This document shows, piece by piece, positions 51,496 to 61,929 of a DNA stretch of 64,000 nt. The stretch is from Zygnema circumcarinatum SAG 698-1b (Eukaryota > Plantae > Zygnematophyceae). The stretch spans positions 1,488,001-1,552,000 of the forward strand of contig CM074806.1 in NCBI GenBank assembly GCA_037447605.1. The letters run 5' to 3'. The notes beneath the pieces are model-generated. The model had not been told where the DNA came from and ran no database searches. It saw nothing but the letters and a program-made list of their open reading frames with translations. The first letter of the stretch is position 1. Each line of letters begins with the position of its first letter. A program made the position numbers and the translations under genes.

Positions 51496-51840
51496 CTGTG
51501 GCGGATCCAGGTTTTTTGCTGAGGGGAGGCTAAGCCCTTTTTCAGCATAAAATACAAAAGGTAAAATATTAGGGGAGGTCAGACATTGACCATGGCCAAA
51601 TCAATCTAATAAGCCTGTCGGGCGAATTAAGCATTGGCTAGGTACGCATTTCGGTACGGCTGGGTACGGCGGAGCCGCGGATCCCGACCCGGAATTCGTA
51701 CACGAAACTTTGACTTTAAGTATACTAAATTCGGGAATTTAGTACGTCCATGGTCAGTGTATGACGCTCCTTGATTAAAGTTAATTTTCAAAATCTCAGG
51801 GGGACTAAGCCCTCAAACTCGTATGTGTAGGTCCGTATTG
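51496..51840. mobile_element. Probable degenerate MITE / DNA-transposon remnant
   Basis: 5' CTGTGGCGGATCCAG with a degenerate inverse GTAGGTCCGTATTG at the 3' end. Subterminal direct repeats GGGG(A)G(G/A)CTAAGCCCT (51523-51538, 51799-51813). Inner inverted repeat CATTGACCATGG/CCATGGTCAGTG. AT-richer than the flanks. Confidence 0.45.
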
Positions 51841-52168
51841 TGAAGCAAGGATACACGAGCCCTCGACATATTGGATATGGGGGGTAATGTAGATGCTGGT
51901 TAGGAGCACGGTGATATGCCACCCTTTACATAGTTCGAATCTTCTTGTTATATCTTGTAATGGGGGTGTTGGCAGCAGATGAACGAGTAATGTGCACTGC
52001 AGTCCACGCTCGTGACCTGCGTGAACGGCACCTCGCAACTTCACCGAGTCGCGACAAAAGCATTCGGTACGGCATATGCGCTGTACCTTATGCTGGAGGT
52101 GCACCTTCCGCACATGGCTTGTGAGACGTGCCAAGCTTGCAATACTGACCACCCCAAAAGGACGTGCA

Positions 52169-52383
52169 TTCTCTCTCCCTCTCTCTCTCTCTCTCTCCCT
52201 CTCTCCCTCCCTCTCCCTCTCCCTCCCTCTCCTCTCCTCTCCCTCTCCCTCTCCCTCTCCCTCTCCCTCTCCCTCTCCCTCTCCTCTCCCTCTCCCTCTC
52301 CCTCTCCCTCTCCTCTCCCTCCTCCCTCTCCCTCTCCCTCTCCCTCTCCTCTCCCTCTCCCTCTCCCTCTCCCTCTCCCTCTC
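52169..52383. repeat. (CCTCTC)n / (CT)n microsatellite, about 215 bp
   Basis: Seen directly in the PHOT-SNX1 intergenic region. Confidence 0.95.
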
Positions 52384-52965
52384 ATATCCGGTGACCTGCA
52401 GGCGCAATCTGCTGCAGGCCAGCCAGCATTATTTGCATCCATCAAACGAGCCACAATGGCCTCGTTCACGCTCTTGCGCTAAAGCGGATTGGCATTGGTC
52501 ATGATGGCGCCGCCGTCGCATGCACATGCACATCGCCGAGGACATCGCCCGCCGCAGCCATGTCAGGCCATGTGAAGCGGCCCATGTACGCACGCCCGAA
52601 GGCCGGCAGGACGGCCGGCCACGATCGGCCCTCCGCCGCGGCTTGACCGCCGCGCTCAAGGCTCCGTTGTACGGTCTCGCAATCGCGGGTGACGCGTAAC
52701 GCACGTCACGGCGCGGTAAACTACGAGACATGGTCCCATGGACGTCGGTCGGCTCTTGCCCAGCTCCGAAAGCGGGCGAGGGAGGCGCTCCGTGTGACCA
52801 GTTCAGCCGAGACGGTGCATAACGGTGTGGCATGTGCTCAGTTTGAGAAGACAAATGTGCTCCGTGTGCGCAGTTAAAATAAAACTGCAACAGATGACAT
52901 CACCCATGGAACCATGTCTTGTAGTTAAACCCAACGTGACGTTACGTGTTACCCGCGATTGGGGG

Positions 52966-53056
52966 TCCGTACAATGGAGACGTTGGTCGTACAATAATGT
53001 ACGAAATTGGGACACCACGATGTACGGCCACCGTACAGAGGCGCTTGAAGGTACGG
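52966..53056. promoter_or_regulatory. GTAC/CGTAC cluster including the SBP-consensus TCCGTACAA upstream of SNX1
   Basis: TCCGTACAA 52966-52974, CGTACAA 52988-52994, further GTAC at ~52999, 53022, 53033 and 53051. The match to the SBP/SPL consensus is established knowledge; function here is inferred. Confidence 0.45.
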
Positions 53057-53220
53057 AGGTTTCAGCGCGGGCGGCAGCCATGGCCGGCCATGGCTGCGCC
53101 GAGCGCCGTGTCTGGTGGAGCTTGCAGGCACCGCGACCGCCTCCCGCAAGGCAAAATTGTCGCCTTCCTTTAGAGCCGCATTTGACGACTCTATTTGGAT
53201 CGATTTGAAGAAGCGTAGTT

Positions 53221-56015
53221 ATGGACGACGAGGTTTGTGCTCGTTTTCTGCTACACTCTCCTTCTCGCTCTCCTTTTCTCTGTCTCTTTCTGCCTCAGGA
53301 GAGGAGTGGCAGGAGCTCAGGCGTTGCCTTGCCTCTCGCAGGGTGTGGGTAGGGACCATGGGAGTGCAGCCCCTCCCACTTCGGAGCCTCTGCTGGAGAT
53401 AGAGGTGACGGACCCCGTGAAGCAGGGCGATGGCGTGCAGGCGTACGTCTCGTATCGCGTCAGGCTCAGGGTACCGTTCGTGTCCTCCCTGTCCAATCAA
53501 TCCAGTCAGCTCAACCCTAGAGGCATTTTCCGCTGCTGCTCCTTTGCATCATTCAAGAACTGATGACGCAGCTCTGTCGCATCGAATTGCTACTGAAGAA
53601 AGCGCTAATGCAGATAAGACATGCTGGAGTGTTGGAACGCAGACAAACATGCCACAATACAAACACAGCACTTCGCATGTTATTCGACGCTTTAGTGATT
53701 TTGTCTGGTTGCATGATCGACTCGCCGAGCAGAATAAAGGCATCATCATTCCTCCCTTACCGGAGAAGAACGTTGTTGGTGAGTGCCTCAAAGTGATTCG
53801 CAGCTTTATAGCTTGCAGTGTCTGTTCAAGAGCTTCAATCTGAATGAACCATACGGCTCTACTTGGCAGAGAAGTTTCGGTTCAGTGCTGATTTTATCGA
53901 GGCTCGGCGACGATCGTTGAATACGTTTGTGAATCGAGTTGCTGCACATCCTCAGCTCCGGTTATGCACAGACCTTCAACTATTCTTAGAGGCCACCGAA
54001 GATGTCTGGGTACGCAGCTGTTCCTTCTCACTGTGCAGTGTTATTCCGCTTGATCAATGGATACCCCTTCGAAGCCCGAAACTCGCTTTCTTGGCAGCTT
54101 GCTCTCGTTTTTTCTTAGCGTGGAGTCTCGTAGTATCTAAGAAAACCGAGACGAATCAACTGTGCTAACGCACCAACTTGCTGTATTGTCGGTGGTAGAG
54201 CAGAGCTTGCAGACTAGTCGGGCAGGGGACACCAGCTTGTTTCTAGGGAAAACCGGCGATTTCATGCAGATGTTCAAGGTGCAGCTTTCACCTCGCCCTC
54301 CCCAAACCACTGCGTTTGGGACCTGCTGCAGACGATGTCATATCATGATGGCTGGATAGTATCGCTTGGGATTCTTACAAGAGAAACGGGCTGGTGGTTG
54401 CACAGGATGTGCAAACAAGCCTCAGCAATGTTGTGTTAGGCAAGGAGAAGGTGGAGGAGCAAGTGGATGAAGAGTACGAGGCGTTAAAAGAATACTTGCA
54501 TGTTTTGGAGTCGCACCTGGTAGAAGCACAGCGACACTCGTTGCGACTAGTCAAGCGACAGAGAGGTGACCTGGAATGTTTGCCCTTTAGGGTCTTTTAG
54601 AACAAGAAGACCTCCTATAACTGCTAGTAATTTCCTTGGACAGCGTTTAAGAAGGGTTGCCTTATGTTAGAGCGAATGGCTTACGATGCCTTGCATGCTG
54701 CAGAGCTGGGCCAGGCACTAGCAGAGTTTGGTGAAGCTATTCTTCATCTGGGCCATGGGGAGGGAGGTCCTCTGGGAAAGGCGTTGGTGGAGCTTGGCAA
54801 GCAAGCTGATAAGCTTGCAGCCAGATCGCAGGCACAGGTGAGCTATTGAGTGATCGTAGACGTGATTTATATCAAATAGTCTTTTTTTTTTTTTTTGTAC
54901 TCACAAGAGGAACCGTTTGGTGTGCAGTCATCAGAAATGCTGCTGAACTTTGCGGAGCCCCTTAAGGAGTATGTCCGCATGATTCATTCAGTGAAGGTAA
55001 AGTTTTTCCTTCAACATCCGATCACAGGAAAAGGGATTTGGCATCTGCATGAATATATAGGGGCTCGAGCTTTCAGGCTAGCACCCGAGAGTTGTCACAG
55101 AGAGTGGCGTGTACCTAAATACTCGATCCCCCATTTTTGCTTGGGGTGTCTAAACCCTCAAGAGTCGCCTCCATGTCTTGGTTTATTCAACTCCTGAAAG
55201 GTTGTTCTGCAGGCTGTTATTGCTAATCGATCTGCAGCTCTGAAGCAGCATCAGGAACTATTGTTAGAAGTGGAAGCCAAGCGCTCAAAACTGTAAGTCC
55301 TTCATTCTAACTCTTGTCATTGCAGCATTGGGTCTGTGCAACTGTAGATCTCCTCTCTAAGGCCATTATGTCCGGCTCATTGGTCTTGTCAGCTTCTGAC
55401 CCTTTTGAAGGGCTGGCGAGCAGTGCAAAGATGAGGCAGACGCAGTCCAGTCTGCGGCCGGAGAAGTTGCAGGAGGCGGAACGAGATATTCAGGACGTGA
55501 GTCGCCCTGCTTTTCTGTTTCTCAGTGAAGGGGCTGCATGGATTGAGCATATGGGCGCAGAATGTTACAGCTGGGGGTCGGGCAGTTATACACTATGACT
55601 TTCCTCCGTTACGGATAATGCAAATATTTTTGAAATCACCTCTGCAATTCATTCTTCCTATTCCTACCAAGATGCAGATATCCACCTCCACCAACAGCTG
55701 CACTTTCACAAGAGTATACAGGCAGCCTGGTCATCGTTTTAACGGACTCGAAAGTGATTTTTTGCTCTTGTTTTCCGTTTTCCCTTGCAGACAAATCGGA
55801 AGGCGGAGTTAGCAAAGGAGCAGTATGACTCAATAGTGGAGCGAATGCGAACTGAAATGGTCCGCTTCAAGGAGGAGAAAACTCGCGATCTCGGGGCTGT
55901 GTTTTACGAGTTTGCCCGATCCGAAGCAGAGATTTCCAAGGAAACTGCGCACCTCTGGCACGCCCTGCTGCCGACCATAAACGCTGCCAAGCCTGCCCAG
56001 ACGGGCAGCGCCTGA
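53221..56015 (+). CDS. SNX1: Sorting nexin 1 (PX-BAR)
   Basis: Exons 53221-53232, 53342-53470, 53643-53778, 53870-54009, 54204(or 54213)-54278, 54406-54565, 54704-54837, 54928-54996, 55213-55292, 55424-55496, 55791-56015. Motifs: [63 protein letters not shown]. First exon less certain. Confidence 0.94.
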
Positions 56016-56545
56016 AAAGAGAACATTTTTTTTTTCAATAGAAGCCCTCGCTGTCAGATGGCTCTTCGTGCATGGTATGGGGAGTGGCTGTTTCTCGCAT
56101 GAATTCGAAATCAGCACACGCTTTCCCGTGAAATAAGCATTAACAGCGACATCAAAATACTCCTTGAAAACAAGAAAACAAACAAGACTCCGTGTCCAGT
56201 TTTTCAAGTCTGAGACCTTCTTAATATAGTGGAGATCAAACAATAGGGGGGGTTCAGACTTAGAAAACGGTTCAAACTTTTGGATTTTGAAATCACTGCA
56301 GGCTTTTCCGCAGAATAGCGAAACCGAAATGGTTGTTAAGTGAATGAACATCGCATTCAAGTTTCCGATTCAGTTCAAATACGTCAGAAAACTTTCAATT
56401 GGCTTGGTCGTGTGGAATGAGGGTCTGGAAAGTATTTGTTGTTGAAAATTTGAACTTTTTCGTCATCTTGTTAAATTTCTCAATAGGTTCGCTCACAATG
56501 TAGGTTCCAATATTTGCTACGTCGGAGTTGGAAAATCCATGACAC

Positions 56546-56605
56546 GAAAAAACCAAGTTGAACTTGTCCTGTGTTGAACTGTCCAATGTTCAACTTGGTT
56601 TTTTC
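56546..56605. other. Perfect 18-bp inverted repeat (hairpin) between convergent genes
   Basis: GAAAAAACCAAGTTGAAC (56546-56563) and GTTCAACTTGGTTTTTTC (56588-56605), 24-nt spacer. Confidence 0.85.
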
Positions 56606-57143
56606 TAGGATTGGTCCTTCAACAGATAGGAGTTGTTTTCTCATAAGCAAAACAAATGAGATCGAATTGGCATTAGGATCTGGTTTTCTCTTGGGCCTTT
56701 AGAGTTGAACGATCAAAATAATCGTCGAAGCTCAACCATTTCGGTACTATGGTAAGCAGCAAGGCAAAATAAGAAGTACTTCGAAACAAATTCCAGATCA
56801 ATTTTGCCCCATTTAAACTCACCTCTCATGTAAGCGACCCGCCCGCTCAATTCCAGACGGAACCATCGTCCTGATTACTCGGTAAAAATTGCCAAAAAAA
56901 AATCAAGTCGACAATATCATCTTTTAGAATAACTAAATATACAATGGTTCATGCTACCAAAGGAGACTATACGTTTGCCATAGTCGGCTGGTAGCATGCC
57001 ACGTTTAACCTAGACATCCCCTTCGTTCAGTTCCTTCCCCTGAATGCTGGTTTTCTTTGGCAAAAAAACCCATTGCTCAGTTGAAGAATTCAAGACGGCT
57101 GGAGCCGCCTTCGAGGGACGGGCCGCCACATCTCTGTGCCACA

Positions 57144-60100
57144 TCACCCATATGTCCGGCCCAGTATTTGGCCCGTGAGGTTGTACATGAAGAGGCAGGG
57201 CAGGGCCACGTCGAGGATGGAGAGCTCCGGATCAAGGGACTGCGCGAAGCCAAGAAGGACGCACACAGCCACCAGGAGGGAGGCGTACGCGCTGTGCACT
57301 GTCACTTCATGGAGGCGGCAGAGACGCAGCACCTGCACAGACAGGCTCAGGTAAGAGGGAGGAGGAGGGAGGAGNNNNNNNNNNAGGAGGGAGGAGGGAG
57401 GAGGGAGGAGGGAGGAGGGAGGTGGGAGGAGGGAGGAGGCAGGAGGGAGGAGGCAGGGTTGGCACATGCCGCCTTAAGGGATGGCTGCGGGGAGAAGGAA
57501 AGAGCTCGGAAAGCAATTGAGGGAGCCTCACTTACGTTTTTTAGAACACTGTCAAGGTCGATAGGCCGCTCATGCATTCGGCAATCTCGATCAAAGAGAG
57601 CCTTCATGTCTGCCCTAAGCCGTTCAGGATCAGGACAGCGCTGGGGTTGATCCCACGAAAATTTCAAGAGATGGTCTGTCTGCAGCATGCGGAGTATCAG
57701 CTGCAATTAAATGGTGAAGCTCAAAATTTAGAGGACTTGGGATGGGCGTTCATGAATAGAGCGTGTGTCACACAGGGCCTCCGAGTCCCTTCAACACGTT
57801 TTGGCATTTGGGGTGGGCAAGCAGAAAGCTCGAAATGAACGACCTCTGAAGCTGAAAACGGTGAAAGTTTGCCTTCGTAACACTTACCGCACGCAGGCCA
57901 TCGCCCCGCCCCACCATGAGAATGAAGGAGAGAAAATGGTATCGCACAGGAGGGGCAAGCTCCTCCGCCAAGCCAAAGTCCAAAATTATGAGCTGAGCAT
58001 AATCAGAACCTTCCCTTCTACGATCTGAACACAAACAAACGGATTTTTCATGTTAAACGCGCATGCACAGAGATCGAGAACAGCAGAAATTAGCATTGCT
58101 TTTCTCTCTGATTAGGAAGGAAGGGCTCTGACCAGCCATCCTCGCCAGCAGGTTTCCGGGATGGAGATCAGTATGCACAAAGTTGTCCCGCACGAGCATC
58201 TTGAGATACGTGTCAAGTCCGACAGCTGCAAGCTGCACCCCCAACCTCCTGCTTTCTCATACTTTTATCGTTTCCTTGCATCCTCTTCCCTGGAAGGCAG
58301 AAATTCTTCCCAACCTGCGAAAGGAGCCCCCCAAGACGGATTCCTATCATGAACGGGCCAAACGTACCTGAGTATTGAGAGTTGTTTGGCTGCGAAGAAA
58401 TTGAAGCAGAGGGGCTCCACTCTCAAAGCTTTCAACAATGACACCCTCCGAAATCTGCCCAGCCCATAACACCATGTTGCAGGGCCAGTGAGATGACAAT
58501 AACGAAATGGGGTCGTAAAGCTCCTCCAGCAGCCACACATATGTACATACATATATATACATATATAGAGCGGAGCCTACCAGGTTGGATACCAGTTTGG
58601 GGAAAACAACCGTCTCCTCCAAACCTGTAAAGTTTTGTTGGAATCTTGCCAAGTTACGCGCCTCTGCGGAAAGGTCTGCCTGTCATTCCGCTCCCACCAC
58701 CATCATCATGCCTCTCTTCCCACTCCAAATTCAGTAGAAGCTTCTTCAATGAGGACGAGCAAGGAAAGAAAGAGGAGATACCGCATACCTGAGCAGTCAT
58801 GGTATAGGAAAATTGGTCCACACTCTGCCGCAGGTTTAGCCAGCGGAGCAGTGGGAGCGGTTGCGCGAGGTCGGCAATGGCACCCATGATTTGGAAGTCC
58901 TGAAAGATGCGAGTTGCTACATGGGGATGCCTCACCTGCATCCCTCCATTCAGCATCCTTCAGCTGAACGACTGGGAGCAGATGCGGACAATCTCTCGCA
59001 CATGATCGCATCATGTTGAGGAAATCAAGTGCGGTTTTCCCCCAAATGGAGCTGAATTTGGAACCAACAGACAGTTACTTTAACCAAAAAGAAGAGTAGT
59101 GAGTAGCATTATGGCTTGAGGAGTACACAGAATGAGATAGACTGACGGGTCAAACGCAAAAATGATCTGACTGTCTGAGTCTGATTCTGCTTCATACACA
59201 AGAGTATGAAATCCTCCAAAACAGAAACATTGTAAGCCTCAGGCCAGTAGTCTGCAGCACTGGCAACACAAATAGTAAGTGCACCTTCACTGCAACGTGA
59301 GTCATTGAGCCGTCCCCTGCTCTCAGCTTGGCACGATAGACCTGCAGACAGATGTTGAGGAAACGAATGACGAACTATATTTCAGTACTCGATCTCAAGA
59401 GGCAGTGGGAGAAAGGATGGGCTGATTGAAGACTATCCAAAGAGAGCAACGACAGCAGGAGCCACTACTTCCGAATGACATTCGAGAAGTACACTCTGTA
59501 AAGCAACTTCATGCGAACAAACTGAGTAGCCAGCCCTACCTGAGCAACGCTCCCTGATGCCGCAGGTACAATACTGAATTCTGAAAATAAGTCCTCAATC
59601 TCTCGACCGAAATTTTCCCGAATGGCATGACGAGTGTACTTATAGCTGTGCTGCGGCGCGTGGTCGTGCAACCTCCCGAGATATTCGCACATGTCCTCAG
59701 AAAAGAGGTCTGTTCTGGTGGCAGACCACTGCCATAGTGAGAGCAACCAAAGGGCTCGTTAAGGGACAATAGCAGCAGCAGCGGAGAAGGGCACAGGTCG
59801 CAAGAGATTTACGACAGAAGGGAAGGAGACTGGGCAGGTAAAACAGGGTTCAGTCGTTTGAGAGAGTAATTCGCAGTGGCAATGAGTGGATGACGAGCAA
59901 AATGTAATGTCGGGCACACAGATCTTTCACAGGCAACGTAAAAAGAAATGAGCCAATAGGATAATTGAGAGCAAATTTTAAATGAAACAAAAGGAGTCCA
60001 AACAATGTTTATTCTCAGTCTAGAGAGGCGAGGAAAAGGAGGCATCGGAAAAATCTCGATAAAAGGATTGCGAAAAACATTCACTCGAGAACTGGCTGAA

Positions 60101-61690
60101 ATGGAAATGCCCTTGATCTACGTCCTGATAGAGATGCCCACTTTCTCAGGAATGAGACATCTCGTCCACAGCCAAACAAGTTCAAAGGGTATTTTCCTCA
60201 AGCGAATGCAATGCCCCAGAAAGCTTCTGCGACAAACATGACTATGGATATTCAGAAGAGCCTGGTATTCAAACACAACAATCCTTCAAACATTGCCTCC
60301 ACGAGATTGTGCATCGACCGTTCTTCAGTCTAATGATGCCGAATCCCAAATGCAGCAAGTCAGAGGGTTGTCACAAGGTGTTGCTGTGAATGCTTCTCGA
60401 TGCGAAAAGCAGAAGGCCAAATGCAATGCAATGCAATGGTCTCCCACATCCGAGTCTTTCAACGCCTTACAACCATATAAGCTAAAATTTCTGCATGAGC
60501 ATGTTGACCCATGAAAAGAAGAACATTAGCAGCAGCTCCTCCACCCCCCTTCCAACCAGACCACTCTCAGCAAGTCTTAGCCCCTCCCCACCCAGAATGA
60601 ATACCCAACAGCCAAGCGCAGCCACACACGGGGTGCCACCTGTCCCCACTTGATGAAGGCGGCGCCGCACTGCTCCAACGAGAATCGCAGAAGCCGCCAA
60701 AGGCCGGCCCTCAGTCTCCTCTCCCACTCTCCCTTCAGAAGGGCGGATAGCCAATACAGGAAGGGCCCAATCAGCAGCAGCGGCAGGAACACCATAGCCA
60801 ACCAGCAAGCCCGCAAGAAGAGGGAGAACTTCTGTTGAAACCCTCTCCAGCCGGTTTGCCTATCTCCTAAGCTCATAACGTACTCTCGATCTATGGGTTC
60901 GTCAACGTTAGTTTCAGCACTGGGGGCCCTATCGGCCACTGCCGCGGCTGTATTAGTATCATCGGCATCTACAGTTGTTGTTCCTAAAGGCCATTGCAAG
61001 TCTTCTTGCAGCCCTAGGGATTGCGTGACAGCTGAGTCGGCACTTTGAGCTACCCTTGGCCTCGTGTGGGAGCTGCTTCTGCTGGAGAGCAGCGATTCAG
61101 GAGAAGAGTCAGAAAGTTCTGCTGCTGTTAATCTGCTTCTGGAGGTCCACATATACATGGCAGAGACAAGTTCCCATACAGAAGACAGGGATCGCCCTGC
61201 GATTCCACCCACAGACTGAGCACGTGCTGCCCTCCACTCTCCCAAAGTTTGCGAACGCTGACTCAAATTAGGATCATTGCGCTGGAAAAAGCGCTCCCGT
61301 TGAGTCTGCCTATGATTTGAATATCTGGACAAGGGCATCTCAATGGAGAGTTGGACGACAGGGTAGTCAATAGCATCCGCCGCATATGCCCAGCCTCTGG
61401 GCGTTTCCCATCGCCCCTCCACCATACGGCTGCTTGTGAAGGACAGTGAGGCTGCAGCAGCGATCAAAACAAGGGGCTCCAATGCTGCTGGTCTGCAAGC
61501 ATGCACAAGTTGGTAAGACACTTAGCAACCTCTCCCGAAGCAAAACTCGATTCTTTCATATGAACACTTGCCTCGACACAAGCAGAGCCATAGTGTATTT
61601 CTCCTTACCCTTTCAAACTGTCCTCAATCTGGTACAGACAAGAGCCTACTTTCTAAGAAAGCATGCACCTCTGCTGGCCGCTCGCAGCAT
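57144..61690 (-). CDS. ABC1/UbiB atypical protein kinase (ADCK2/YPL109C-like, probably mitochondrial)
   Basis: Exons 61690-61650, 61492-60640, 59728-59540, 59341-59285, 58935-58789, 58679-58593, 58454-58368, 58232-58133, 58024-57888, 57679-57536, 57332-57144. Motifs: GAAFIKWGQWSATRTDLF, ASGSVAQVYRAKL, VAVKVRHP, DNFVHTDLHPGN, ILDFGL. Presequence-like start MLRAASRGACFLRK. Confidence 0.9.
57352..57455. repeat. (GGA/GGGA)n purine-rich repeat in the last ABC1K intron, with a 10-N gap at 57375-57384
   Basis: Seen directly in the sequence. Confidence 0.9.
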
Positions 61691-61929
61691 GCTATCGTTA
61701 CCGATCCTCCAGTAAACAATCATAACATCCAAGACCAGAACGGCCTTTTTTCTGCAAAAGTCACCCCGGTCGACTCAGGCTTCTCAACAGATACGTTCTC
61801 AGCTATCTATGCCTGCTGCCATGCGAGATCAGAGAGCCCTGAATGTCAAGGAGAGACATTTGCCTCTCCATTTCCCATTTGCATAGGAGGGAGAATGTGG
61901 GCAGGGCTGTGCTTGCTCACTCTTGGAAG

